Shown here: positions 1 to 11,877 of the stretch, one piece after another | How the letters are laid out: each line of letters begins with the position of its first letter | How positions within the stretch are numbered: position 1 is the stretch's first letter | DNA from: Mustelus asterias | Taxonomy: Eukaryota | Reading direction: 5' to 3' | Length of the DNA stretch: 64,000 nt | NCBI RefSeq assembly: GCF_964213995.1 | Contig: NC_135813.1 | Span: 97,526,001-97,590,000 of the forward strand | Program-made: the position numbers and the translations under genes | The notes under the pieces: model-generated | What the model saw: the letters and a program-made list of their open reading frames with translations, nothing else | Databases searched by the model: none | What the model was told of the DNA's origin: nothing

Positions 1-346
1 ATGAAATGCGCAGCAGAGATTCAATTTTATTTTTCAGGCTGGAAACTGTCTCATTTGGGGTCACGTTAATTGTCTTGAGACGTCCATCTGTATTCCTGAC
101 GAATATCTCCGTTAATTTTGTTGTGAGTAGCTGGAGCTTTGCATCAAAGAATATTCCGGAATCCAACAAGGATTTGTTGTCAGCCAGAATGGTTTCATTA
201 AAGATCAGGCGTTGCTGGGGAGCTGGAATCTTCCATTGTTGCTGGACTTGCTGCTTGATCATTGAGATCTTGTCGCTGATGTTAAGTTTCAGGCTTAACG
301 AGGATCCATCCAATTGAAACACCGTGATTTCAGTATTTTTCATTGG
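1..346 (-). CDS. OASL: OASL exon 6 (partial): tandem ubiquitin-like domains
   Basis: Acceptor TTAG at 347-350, phase 0. Manual translation: PMKNTEITVFQLDGSSLSLKLNISDKISMIKQQVQQQWKIPAPQQRLIFNETILADNKSLLDSGIFFDAKLQLLTTKLTEIFVRNTDGRLKTINVTPNETVSSLKNKIESLLRIS, i.e. UBL1 plus the start of UBL2. Open to the window edge. Confidence 0.9.
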
Positions 347-883
347 CTAAGACAAGTTTTTAAAAAATAAATAGAAACATTATGCTTTTTTTGGGAAATG
401 GAGACAGTTGTCTCTTTTTTAGTCAGTACTCCAATAACTACATCTACCTGTGGTTCTTCCTGTCCCTCCTGACTGATTCTGGCGGGGTTGATGACTATAT
501 TCCAGTATCTTACACAAGTGGCCACTCTTCTTGTCTGGGCTTTGACCAGGTTTATCTGACCTTTTTGTGCAAAACTACAATTCAATTTTTTTCTCACTCG
601 GGGGCTAATGAGCAAATTTTGGATAAATAATGTTTGACACAACATTGAACATGAGTTTCAAAACAAAAACAGTTCAGGCGTGAAAGAACCAACTTGCTCA
701 GAAAAAAAAAGTCAAAGCAATAAATTGATCATTTAAAAATTAGTGATAAATAAGATTGTCCATTCGAGTGTGGGAGGGTAAGAGTTTGAGTCCAGCTTAC
801 TCCAATTCTCAGGGTGCTCATTCACTCACCCTCATCCATTGTGATAGTGGCTGAGAATGCCTATTGAGAGCCAGACCTATGCT

Positions 884-1935
884 CACCCTCCCCCTCTCTC
901 TCTATGCACACCCTCCCCCTCTCTCTCTCTCTGTGCAGACCCTCCCCCTTCTCTCTCTCCATGCACCTCCGCCCCCTCTCTCTCTATGCACTACTTCCCT
1001 CTCTCTATGCACGCTTTCCCTCTCTTTCTGTCTCTATGCACACCCTCCCCCCCTCTCTCTATGCACACACTCCCCCTCCTCTCTCTCTCTCTGCACACCC
1101 TCCCCCTCTCTCTCTCTAATGCACACCCTTCCCCCCTCTCTAATGCACACCCTCCCCCCCCCCTCTCTAATGCACACCCTCCCCCCTCTCTCTAATGCAT
1201 ACCCTTCCCCCCTCTCTAATGCACACCCTCCCCCCCTCTCTCTAATGCATACCCTTCCCCCTCTCTCTAATGCACACCCTGCCCCCTCTCTCTAATGCAC
1301 ACCCTCCCCCACCTCTCTCTATGCACACCCTGCCCCCCCTCTCTCTAATGCATACCCTCCCCCCCTCTCTCTAATGCACGCACACCCTCTCCCCCCCTCT
1401 AATGCACACCCTCCCCCGCCTCTCTAATGCACACCCTCCCCCCCTCTCTAATGCACACCCTCCCCCCCTCTCTAATGCACCCCCTCCCCCCCCCTCTCTA
1501 ATGCACGCACACCCTCCCCCCTCTCTCTAATGCACACCCTCACCCCCCTCTCTAATGCACACCCTCACCCCCCTCTAATGGACACCCTCCCCCCCCTCTC
1601 TAATGCACACCCTCCCGCCCTCTCTCGAATGCACGCACACCCTCCCCCCCTCTCTCTAATGCACCTCCCCCCCCTCTAATGCACGCACACCCTCCCCCTC
1701 TCTCTAATGCACACCCTCCCCCCCTCTCTCTAATGCACCTCCCCCACTCTCTCTAATGCACCTCCCCCCCCTCTAATGCACGCACACCCTCCCCCTCTCT
1801 CTAATGCACACCCTCCCCCCCTTCTCTCTAATGCACCTCCCCCCCTCTCTCTAATGCACGCACACCCTCCCCCTCTCTAATGCACACCCTCCCCCCCTCT
1901 CTCTAATGCACACCCTCCCCCCTCTCTATGCACAT
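884..1935. repeat. Minisatellite, ~25-30 bp unit (CTCTCTAATGCACACCCTCCCCCC)n, in OASL intron 5
   Basis: Directly visible tandem array; G-rich on the OASL sense strand. Confidence 0.95.
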
Positions 1936-3039
1936 CGCTCCCCCTCACACACGTGCATACTTTCTCTCTGACTCTCTCATGCACACACTCTCTTTCTCAC
2001 ACACAAACGCACTCACTCGCTTTCCCACTCACTCTCTCACATTCCAGTGGACCCCATTCTTGCTCTGGATCCTGCTTTCTCCCTACGTCTTCCCTACAGG
2101 CCGCTCTTATTCTGACTCTCCTGGGCTCTGCTCTCGCTCTGGACACCACTGCAACTCTGGATCTGGCTCGTGCTCGTGCTCCAGATTCCACATTCGCTTC
2201 TGGTCCCATTCTCCTAACTCCCCTGGACCCAGCGCTCACTCCTGGGCCCTGCTCTGCCACCAACCCCCACCCCTCCCCCCACCTCCTGTACCCAGATCCT
2301 GTTCGCCACCCACTCTGCCCCAACCCCCTCTTACGCCCCCACTCTCTCCTGACCCCCCCTTCTCCTCCAACCCCTGGCACCCCCCAGCCCCACTCTTCCC
2401 TCCCCCCCCCCCCTTCCCCGGCCATGCTTTGCCCCACAATTGTGCTCAGTCAACCACCCCCCCCCCCCCCCCCCCCCCGCCCCCCCACCACATGAAATCT
2501 GGCGCAGCACTTGGACAAGCCCAGCCCAGACAGTCAGATTTGTTCAACCATTCGACTAAGTGGGATCCTGTATATCTGGTGTGTGCACACGTACAATATA
2601 TGATCAGTGGAAATTCCAGCTGATTCTTTCTGTAGCTCCAGTGCAAGGGTGTTGAGGCCAATTATAGCACTCCCCACATTCAGCTGACATCAGCTAACTC
2701 AGAACAGACTGAGAACGGAACCTGGGGAGTTTCTGATTGGAGCGAATCTCCAGATATCTTGCCGTGGGAATCCTCATGGGTGGGAAGGAGACTTGGACAG
2801 ACAGGCAAAAGGTCTGTTGCCCTCGGGCAGGGATTTCCGATCCTGGGGTGGGACGGACTGGAATATCCTACCCTTGGTCTTTGACCTCAGAGAGCTGAGT
2901 TCAAATCCTGCTCCTGAACCTGAAGTTGCCGTGTACTCTTGATAGCTGGAACTCCCAGATTTAACAACAGAGTCTTCACAAATCCTACAATCTGCGTTTC
3001 CTTGTATCAAAACTTTATTGTTTATTAAAACAGTTTTAC

Positions 3040-3172
3040 CTGGACGGCCCATGCTTGAACTCCAGAGACACATGGCATTCTCAGACACTTGCTGGCCTCA
3101 TCCACCATCACACGCCACACAGAAGGCATAGCCACGTTTCCTGTTGGATCAGCTGGGTCAAGAATTATTGGC
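3040..3172 (-). CDS. OASL: OASL exon 5
   Basis: (R)PIILDPADPTGNVAMPSVWRVMVDEASKCLRMPCVSGVQAWAVQ carries the OAS signature RPxILDPADPT. tttcag acceptor, GTAAAA donor, 133 nt, phases match neighbouring exons. Confidence 0.95.
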
Positions 3173-3229
3173 CTGAAAAATAAAACCGTTCCAAAAACAA
3201 TAATTAACCATAGGCCAGGACTCACTTAC

Positions 3230-3452
3230 AGGGGTGGGTTTAGCTCAGTTGACTGGATGGCCGCTTGTGATGCGGAGTGTCGCCAACTGCACGGGTTCAA
3301 TTCCCGTACCTGCTGAAGTGATTCATGAACCTTCTCAACCTTGTCCCTCGCCTGAGGTGTGGTGATCCTCAGGTTAAATCACCACCAGTCAGCTCTTCCC
3401 CTCAAAGGCAAGAGCAGCCTATGGCCATCTGAGACTATGGTGACTTTACCTT
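3230..3452 (+). mobile_element. tRNA-derived SINE, second family (non-V)
   Basis: A-box TAGCTCAGTTG and B-box GGTTCAATTCC; body shared with copies at 26785, 40812 and 58063. Confidence 0.7.
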
Positions 3453-3685
3453 GACATACTATATTTGTGATGAGGGTAAATATTTTAAACCTCATCACCA
3501 TTCAAATCTTTCCCCAAACAACGCTTTCTCTCTGTTGCCTTCACCAAGGATCCACATCTCGGATTTCAACCGTTGATTTCAGTATTCCTCTGTCCTGGAA
3601 CACCCTGTGCATTCAAGCTTCCACATAGTCTCTCAGTGCTCAGCCATGCCAACAGAACACCACTGCTTCACTTTCTACTTAGAAA

Positions 3686-3996
3686 GGAAGCTAGAACTAG
3701 AGGGCACAGCCTCAAAATAAAGGGGGGTCGGTTTAGGACAGAGTTGAGGAGGAACTTCTTCTCTCAGAGGGTGGTGAATCTCTGGAATTCTCTGCCCACT
3801 GAAGTGGTGGAGGCTACCTCGCTGAATGTGTTTAAATCACGGATAGATGGATTCCTGATCGGTAAGGGAATTAGAGGTTATAGGGATCAGGCGGGTAAGT
3901 GGAACTGATCCACTTCAGATCAGCCATTATCTTATTGAATGGTGGGGCAGGCTCGAGGGGCTAGATGGCCTACTCCTGTTCTTATGTTCTTATGTT
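3686..3996 (+). mobile_element. CR1 LINE 3' end
   Basis: RTRGHSLKIKGGRFRTELRRNFFSQRVVNLWNSLP is the CR1 ORF2 C-terminus; (TTCTTATG)n tail. Confidence 0.9.
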
Positions 3997-5034
3997 CACA
4001 GGCTGGATTAAGACATCACCAACCTTAGGATCACCATAGGTGCCTCGTTTCTTGGTAGCCAACTTTAAGTCTGCTTCAGGCAGTTGTCTTTTTAATTCCG
4101 AGCCCTTTCCCTGCTCTTTGCTTTAACTTCACCGAACAGGACTTGTCCAGATTCCTACTCTTTGTTCCTCTGACTCAATTGTCTTCCTGGGAAATTCCCT
4201 GGTTTCTGGGACTTTCTCCTTTAGTTTCTGGGACTTGTTTTCTGTTCCTCTGCATTGTCCTGCCTGCACTGACAGTTTGTGGAATGCTACTTGCCTCTGG
4301 GTTGCCTGGTTCAAACTGACAACTCAAGTGCTTCTGCTTTTCAGTCTGAGCCTCTGGCTGTGAGGCAACAGCTTAGTTTTTTTTTAACCCTTTAATTGTT
4401 TTACACCTTATTACAGTGCAGGCAATGTTTAAAGTGAAACTAAAGCTCACAGGCTTGCACCCACCTATTTTAACATGGGGCTAAACTGGAATTTTGACCC
4501 TTAGGGCACAAATGCAGAAACACAAATTAGGTTTAAACTTACACCTTGTTCCTAATACCCACAATGCAAACATAAATTACTTAAGCCATCTGTGGTTCTA
4601 ACACACAGAATTTTAAATATTGTAAATATCTCAAGATGCATGGGGAAGAAACAGATGTTGACCTGTCGTAGAATCGGAGCAGCTAACCAAAGGTTTTCAG
4701 GCAGTTTGAAAATGGGAAAAGACATCGTGAGCTGAAGATGTTTATGAAGACTTCCATAATGTGGCAGCAAGATGATGTAAAGCCTTGCTACTGATTGGCT
4801 AATAACTTACAATAGGAGGTGGCGGGCATGAGTGGAACAGAGACTGAAGAAAGGTGCAGAGGCAGGATAGGGAAACCAGATGAAATGATGATGAGGCTTG
4901 TAAATGAGGGTAAATATTTCACACCTTAATAATTAGTTGGCGAAGGAGCCAGAGTGGAATTTTTAATGGTAGCTAAGTACAGTCTCAGATGAGAATGTAG
5001 CATTGTCAGAACTGTTGCCTCATAGACACATTTT

Positions 5035-5125
5035 AAGAACATAAACATAAGAACTATGAGCAGGAGTAGCCCATCTGGCCCCTCGAGCCTGCTCCGCCAT
5101 TCAATAAGATCATGGCTGATCTTTT
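5035..5125 (-). mobile_element. CR1 LINE 3' tail fragment
   Basis: Reverse complement of the CR1 3'UTR/tail seen at ~3920-3996. Confidence 0.75.
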
Positions 5126-5369
5126 CACAAATAACCAGTGTCAATTCTCAATCCTAACATCCAGCTGCATATCCATCACATTCAAATAATGCATCCAACA
5201 TTTCACCATAGTATCAAAGTTAAGGACCGATATTAAAGACCAAGTGAGCTGGACTGTAAAAACTCTGAACGCCCCCCCCCCCCCCCCCCCCACCCCCATG
5301 CTTTACCATTGCTGTTCAAAGAAGTGGAATTGCTCTAATTGGTTTAGTTGCAGTGTGGCTGAAGCTTAC

Positions 5370-5620
5370 CTGTTGCCACGGAGTTTCTCCATTAGGAAGT
5401 CTGCAATGACTCTATTGTTGACATCATAGTATTTGGTCCAGTAGATGCGCAGCTCCTGATATTTGCAGATCAATTCAAGGACTGTGCGGAACCCTTCAGC
5501 TGTGTTGAATCTCTCCTGCCCATTGCCTTGCTCCCAGGCATAGATAGTCAGCAACTCCACTGCATACTTAGCAGGCAGGCGTTCACCAGGGCTCAGCTCA
5601 GATTTTCGTGGCTTGACATA
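5370..5620 (-). CDS. OASL: OASL exon 4
   Basis: YVKPRKSELSPGERLPAKYAVELLTIYAWEQGNGQERFNTAEGFRTVLELICKYQELRIYWTKYYDVNNRVIADFLMEKLRGNR contains the OAS motifs ELLTIYAWE and GFRTVLEL. tag acceptor, GTAAG donor, 251 nt. Confidence 0.95.
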
Positions 5621-6480
5621 CTAGAATAAATGGTTGATAAATATAAATAGACATTGAGTATTAAAAGTATTCAGTCCTCCTTCCATCCCATCCTATATTT
5701 TTGCTTCCATTTATTTCTATTATTCTTCCAAGACCACACAACTTTCCTGATCGGATTGGCCGGAGTTAGACCCAGACCAAAGCTGCCATCTTAGCGCCCA
5801 CCAGGAAATCTGGAGGATCTGCCCAGAGTGGCCTTGTTTCATCCTTTTCTCTGTCCATTGGATGACACCTCATTTCTGTTCAGTATTCCTTCATGAAGCT
5901 GAGCACACACACTGTCCATGTGCAACCTGTAGACATGAACCTACATGATGGTGTGTTGGAGTCAGGGTTCAAAGGGAAGCAGCAAGGACTTGCTGCTTAG
6001 ATACGGGGCATCTTTCACAACCTCAACATTGCTGAAAGTGCTTCCCAGTGATGAGGTATTTTAAAGTTGCAATGCAGCAACCAATTTCCACACAGCAAGA
6101 TCCCACAATCAACAATGAGTTCAATGGCTAGGTTTTCTGTTTTACATCATGTTGGTTGAGGTTAAAACTTGTCCAGCAGAACAACCTATTCTTCCTCGAA
6201 TCATCTTACGGGATATTTTAGGCTCACCCTGAGAGGGCTTTGATTGAATACCTGACCTGAAAGTTATGGGGGAAGAAATTTGTTTTGGTCCATGCGCTGT
6301 CCTGGGATGGTGTACTGACAGTGTGCTGAAACCAGACACTCACCTGAAATTGGACCCTGGCCCTTATTAGAAAATTGCTGGAAGGTTACGGTCTCCTATT
6401 GGGTATAAAACTGCAGTTACAGATCCCACGGGGACCAAGCTTCCTCCCCAGGAATGACCATCGTTTGGGCTATGACTATT

Positions 6481-6772
6481 GGGCAGCACAGTGGCACAGT
6501 GGTTAGCACTGCTGCCTCACTGCACCAGGGACCCGGGTTTGATTCCCAGCTTGAGTCACTGTCTGCGCAGAGTCTGCACGTTCGCCCTGTGTCTGCGTGG
6601 GTTTCCTCCGGGTGCTCCGGTTTCCTCCCACAAAAGGGTGCACTGGCCATGCTAAATTCTCCCTCAATGTACTCGAACAGGTGCAGGAGAGTGGCGACTA
6701 GGGGGTTTTCACAATAACTTCATTGCAGTGTTAATGTAAGCCTACTTGTGGCACTAATAAATAAACTAAACT
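6481..6772 (+). mobile_element. V-SINE (HE1-like), tail type B
   Basis: tRNA head GGCACAGTGGTTAGCACTGCTGCC, V-domain GGGTTTCCTCCGGGTGCTCCGGTTTCCTCCCAC, tail CACTAATAAATAAAC. Confidence 0.85.
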
Positions 6773-7549
6773 TATCAGATAGGGAGAGGACTGGGGGCGG
6801 GGGCGGGGGGGTGAATGAGAGTGTGCTGGAAGCAGCAGGAAAGCTGGGAACGCCACCGAGAGGAGGTCCTTTCTACACATAAAATATTTAAAACAATATT
6901 TAGATAGAAACTGCATGAATAGGAGAAGGCTGTTCAAACTTGCCACTGCAAGGCACAATGTTGAAGGACTAAAAGATTTCCGGGTAAAATCCTTGATATT
7001 TGGCCTGACTGGAAGTAGTTGCAGGTTGAGGGTTCGAGGATCCATGTCTGATCTGTTCTTCCTTTGAATTCAGCTCCTCCACAGAGCATGGGTTTTGGGA
7101 ATTTGCTCTTTAATTCCTTTGAAAATTAAGAGCTGATTTTATATATTTTCGGCCTAAACCAGAAGGTGTACAGGAACTCTCCCCTTCCTCCAAATTCATT
7201 CCAACAACTTCAACCAAAGGCAGATGGTGGCCGAAGGGCAGCACAGACCTCTAATTATTCTAAATATTGACCCTGACTTTCTATTGGTTCTGACAACCTC
7301 CTGTTGTAACCTCAGCAAAGACAAGTGGAGATCCCGGAGAAACAGCAGAAACTGACACTTCTCCAAAGAGTGTACCATTCCAGACACTGGTTTTTAATAA
7401 GGGGGAATCCCAGATTAATCTGCGGAGTGTTTGTCATTGGAGTGGGTGGACATTGAGACAGGGAGGGAAGCTATTTTTAAATTTATTTCAATTACAATCC
7501 TCCCATGTCCTCCAAGCATTAACAGTTGCCATGCTCCCCAGTCACTCAC

Positions 7550-7725
7550 CTGTTTGTACCAATATTTCAGCAGGCGAATCAAGTCTTTCAGTTTTGGTTT
7601 ACACTCCTTCACAAAGTTCCTCTGAAGCTCAGTAAAACAGGCAGAAAATTCTCCACATTCAGCTTTATTTTCGTTTACTAACTGGATTAGCTTGAGATGG
7701 GCTCCATGTGCATTGCCTGGTCCCT
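7550..7725 (-). CDS. OASL: OASL exon 3
   Basis: (E)GPGNAHGAHLKLIQLVNENKAECGEFSACFTELQRNFVKECKPKLKDLIRLLKYWYKQ contains the OAS motifs CFTELQRNF and LIRLxKxWY. tgcag acceptor, GTGAGT donor, 176 nt. Confidence 0.95.
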
Positions 7726-7779
7726 CTGCAAGGAATGAAATGATTAATGAGCAACAGAAAATGCACCATTTGTGGTTAT

Positions 7780-8475
7780 CACAAGTGAGCAGTGTATGAG
7801 CTCGCCTACTCTTTGGCTAAATAATCCATTCACCTGCTTACATTTTATGGCTGTTCTGTCAGATCTGTTCCATTTCACAGACTGCTCCGACCCCTTCCTC
7901 TCCCCTCCAGAGCTATAATAGGGTTCCATCGGTCTTCACTTTCTACCCCACCAGCGTTTCTATTCGATGGATTATCCTCCATCATTCTCACCACCTTCAG
8001 CGTGATGCCATTACCAAAAGGCATCTTCCCTTCTCTTTGTACAGCATTTGAAAAGGACCGATTCATCTGTGACACCCTGGTCCATTCCACTCCCTCAACA
8101 GCTCCCTCCCTTTCCCACAGCACCTTTCCATGCAAGCACAGGAGATACAATTCCTGGCCTTTTACTTCTTCCCTTCTCACTGTCGAAAGCCTCAAAGATT
8201 CCTTCCAGGTGAAATACTATGTCCTTTACTGTATTCACTGCTCATGTTATGGTCTCCTTCACATTGGAGAGGCCAAATCACCTCCCATCAGTCTGCAAGA
8301 TAGCTCCAAGTTTGCCCTCACCTGACATTCCCCGCCATGCGCCCACTCTGACCTCTACCCTGACCTTGACCATTGTTCCAGTGAAGCTCAATGTGTGTTT
8401 GAGGAACATCTCATCTCATCTTTCGATCAGTCCCCAGACAGCCTTCTGGACTCAACATCAAGTTCAACAATTTCA
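7780..8475 (+). mobile_element. Degenerate Penelope-like retroelement fragment (GIY-YIG endonuclease region)
   Basis: ORF 8002-8325: ...DTLVHS...TFPCKHRRYNSW...VLYCIHCSCYGLLHIGEAK resembles the Penelope Cys linker plus GIY-YIG motif. Confidence 0.65.
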
Positions 8476-8886
8476 GATCATAATCTCTGGACAATTGGGA
8501 TTCGCTTAGTGGTAAAAACTGTGCAGCATGGACAAGTTGGGCCGAAGGGTCTGTTTCCATGCTGTAAACCTCTATGTATACTAACCTTTCTGACAACATC
8601 ATCTTATTACCAAACTGTGTTAATGCCAGTGCTAAAATATTGTCAATCATAAACTCCTCAGTGTCTGTGACTGGCTGTTGCGATCTGATCCACTCAGAAA
8701 ACACTTTGAAAATACTCTCCCTCAACAACGATAACTCTAATAACTAAATATGGATCTCAATGACTGTATCATCTTAACTAAGAATAGGATACGTGGCAAA
8801 GGAGAGACAATAACACCCACTTGATGAGTAGCAGAGGCTCACATAGATTTAAAATTGAACTTGAGCTTTAGTGATTTAGTTCTTAC

Positions 8887-9184
8887 CTATTGCGTCAAAG
8901 CTTGGCAAAATATCGAAATCCACTCTGTCCGAACGTTTCTTTCTTGATTGGATTGAAAAGTTGAGGGATTTGGGTGGGGTGTCGTTCGGTGGAATATTGA
9001 TAGTGACATCACTGATGTCAAAAGCGATGCTTCTTGCACACTCTGTCAACACTTTCTGAATTTCTTTCAGAATCTCACACCTGTTGCTTCTCAGCTCCTG
9101 GAAACTCAGGAAACAGTTGAGGAAGACAACCAGATCCGCATCGGAACCGTTTCTTAAAGCTGTCCCTTTGCCTGATGACCCTCC
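8887..9184 (-). CDS. OASL: OASL exon 2 (nucleotidyltransferase core)
   Basis: Manual translation: GGSSGKGTALRNGSDADLVVFLNCFLSFQELRSNRCEILKEIQKVLTECARSIAFDISDVTINIPPNDTPPKSLNFSIQSRKKRSDRVDFDILPSFDAI. P-loop, DAD and third Asp (FDILP) intact. cag acceptor, GTAAG donor, 298 nt. Confidence 0.95.
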
Positions 9185-9414
9185 CTGAGGAGCAAGAAGA
9201 AGAAACTAACAGTTGTGATGATTCCAGTGACCGGTGACCATTTCAGAAATATTGAAGAGTCATTGAAACCAAATCTCTGTATCCCGGCTTCTGTCTCTTT
9301 CTTGCAGCCATTTCCTTCTCATTTTGTACCCTCTTGACCCCTTTTTGTGAAGGTGCTGACTTATGATGAGTCCGAGATCCACAAGCCCACTCATTAACCA
9401 TGCTTCGGAATTCG

Positions 9415-11150
9415 TGTGTGTGAGTGTGACACAGAGAGAGAGTGAGGGGTGAGTGTGTGTGTGTGTGTGTGAGGGGTGAGTGTGTGTGTGTGTGTGAGGG
9501 GTGAGTGTGTGTGTGAGTGTGAGGGGTGAGTGTGTGTGAGGGGTGAGTGTGTGTGTGTGAGGGGTGAGTGTGTGTGTGTGAGGGGTGAGTGTGTGTGTGT
9601 GTGAGGGGTGAGTGTGTGTGTGTGAGGGGTGAGTGTGTGTGTGTGAGGGGTGAGTGTGTGTGTGTGAGGGGTGAGTGTGTGTGTGAGGGGTGAGTGTGTG
9701 TGTGAGGGGTGAGTGTGTGTGTGAGGCGTGAGTGTGTGTGTGTGAGGCGTGAGTGTGTGTGTGTGAGGCGTGAGTGTGTGTGTGTGAGGCGTGAGTGTGT
9801 GTGTGTGAGGCGAGAGTGTGTGTGTGTGGGGGTGAGTGTGTGTGAGGCGTGAGTGTGTGAGGCGTGAGTGTGTGTGTGGGGGGGTGAGTGTGTGTGTGTG
9901 GGGGTGAGTGTGTGTGGGGGGGTGTGTGTGGGGGGGGTGAGTGTGTGTGTGGGGGGGTGAGTGTGTGTGGGGGGGAGTGTGTGTGTGGGGGGGTGAGTGT
10001 GTGTGTGGAGGGGTGAATGTGTGTGTGGGGGGGTGAGTGTGTGTGTGGGGGGGTGAGTGTGTGTGTGGGGGGGTGAGTGTGTGTGTGGGGGGGTGAGTGT
10101 GTGTGTGGGGGGGTGAGTGTGTGTGTGGGGGGGTGAGTGTGTGTGTGGGGGGGTGAGTGTGTGTGTGGGGGGGGTGAGTGTGTGTGTGGGGGGGTGAGTG
10201 TGTGTGTGGGGGGGTGAGTGTGTGTGTGGGGGGGTGAGTGTGTGGGGGGGTGAGTGTGTGTGTGGGGGGGTGAGTGTGTGTGTGGGGGGGTGAGTGTGTG
10301 TGTGGGGGGGTGAGTGTGTGTGTGGGGGGGTGAGTGTGTGTGTGGGGGGGTGAGTGTGTGTGTGGGGGGGTGAGTGTGTGTGTGGGGGGGTGAGTGTGTG
10401 TGTGGGGGGGTGAGTGTGTGTGTGGGGGGGTGAGTGTGTGTGTGGGGGGGGTGAGTGTGTGTGTGGGGGAGTGAGTGTGTGTGTGGGGGAGTGAGTGTGT
10501 GTGTGGGGGGGTGAGTGTGTGTGTGGGGGGGTGAGTGTGTGTGTGGGGGGGTGAGTGTGTGTGTGGGGGGGTGAGTGTGTGTGTGGGGGGGTGAGTGTGT
10601 GTGTGGGAGGGTGAGTGTGTGTGTGGGGGGGTGAGTGTGTGTGTGGGGGGGTGAGTGTGTGTGTGGGGGGGTGAGTGTGTGTGTGGGGGGGTGAGTGTGT
10701 GAGGGGTGAGTGTGTGTGTGAGGGGTGAGTGTGTGTGTGAGGGGTGAGTGTGTGTGTGAGGGGTGAGTGTGTGTGTGAGGGGTGAGTGTGTGTGTGTGTG
10801 TGGGGGTGAGTGTGTGTGTGTGAGGGGTGTGTGAGGGGTGAGTGTGTGTGTGGGGGTGTGAGTGTGTGTGTGGGGGCGAGGGGTGTGTGTGGGGGCGAGG
10901 GGTGTGTGTGTGGGTGAGTGTGTGTGTGAGGGGTGAGTGTGTGTGTGTGTGTGTGGGGGTGAGTGTGTGTGTGTGAGGGGTGAGTGTGTGTGTGGGGGTG
11001 TGAGTGTGTGTGTGGGGGCGAGGGGTGTGTGTGGGGGCGAGGGGTGTGTGTGTGTGCGCGCGCGGGTGAGAGGGGTGTGTGTGCGCGCGCGGGCGAGGGG
11101 TGTGTGTGTGCGCGCGCGGGCGAGGGGTGTGTGCGCGCGCGCGGGCGGGC
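9415..11150. repeat. Minisatellite, ~20 bp unit (GGGGGGTGAGTGTGTGTGT)n, in OASL intron 1
   Basis: Directly visible; it explains the long His/Thr/Pro ORFs at 9260-11223. Confidence 0.95.
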
Positions 11151-11838
11151 GAGTCAGTCTGGACGTGCATGTCTGAAATGTGAACCCCGCTCTCTGGCTG
11201 CTATTCACTGAATTTGTCAACAAAAGATCAGAATTACTCCAACATTAAAAATGACAAAAAGTAGGTAATACTTGAAGCATCTGTTGAATAAGAGAACTGT
11301 TTATTTGTAATAACTAAATACATGTAGCAAAATATTTTATATTTGTTTGTGTGTTTGTACCTATTGTACAATAATAATTTTTTCGTGGTTTAATTCTTCA
11401 ACATAATAAGAATGTTTCTTAGGGGTTCCGTCAGTCCTCTTGGGAGGTCAAAAGAGTTCTGTGGCTGGTAAAGTTTGGGAAATGCTGGGTTCACAGTGGG
11501 TATTGTCGGCTGACTGGGGTTTTCCAGTCAGCCTCCATTTTCCTGATGTGACTGGGGGCAATTCAACTGCCTGGAGGTGGACCCTTAAAGGCTGGGGGAG
11601 TGCTCTCGGCAAGCAAGCCCTCCCTGTGTCCGGGTGTGTTACAGTGTGTGTGTGTCAAGGTCTGATTACAGCCAAAGAGCAAATCCCTCCTCCCCACACC
11701 CACACTCTTGTGGCCTGGCTGAGGGACTTCTGAACTTTTTCATGACATTTTTCAAAGGTTGCTGACAAGCACCTCCATATTGAAGCATCCTGTTAGTTAC
11801 TTACCCTTTACGACAGCCAGCTGGTCCTCTCAATCCAC

Positions 11839-11877
11839 CCCCGCCCCGCCCCGCCCCGCCCCGCCCCGCCCCGCCCC
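11839..11877. repeat. (CCCCG)n array of tandem GC boxes
   Basis: About 7-8 CCCCG units, i.e. overlapping GGGGCGGGGC motifs on the minus strand. Confidence 0.85.

Noticed and set aside
6-317. 103-aa plus-strand ORF
   Set aside because: Antisense shadow of OASL exon 6.
884-1935. CRISPR-like array
   Set aside because: No unique spacers; a eukaryotic VNTR.
857-2623. Pro/Ser/Leu-rich ORFs
   Set aside because: Translations of a minisatellite and C-rich low-complexity intron sequence, antisense to OASL.
6481-6560. tRNA genes at SINE heads
   Set aside because: A and B boxes are followed by SINE bodies and tails; no complete cloverleaf.
884-11150. Plus-strand arrays of branch-point-like (CTCTAAT) and donor-like (GTGAGT) motifs as a splicing system
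   Set aside because: Antisense to OASL, in the wrong order to define an intron, and no plus-strand gene is evident.
9260-11223. 636-aa and 609-aa His/Thr/Pro ORFs
   Set aside because: Stop-free translations of the intronic minisatellite.
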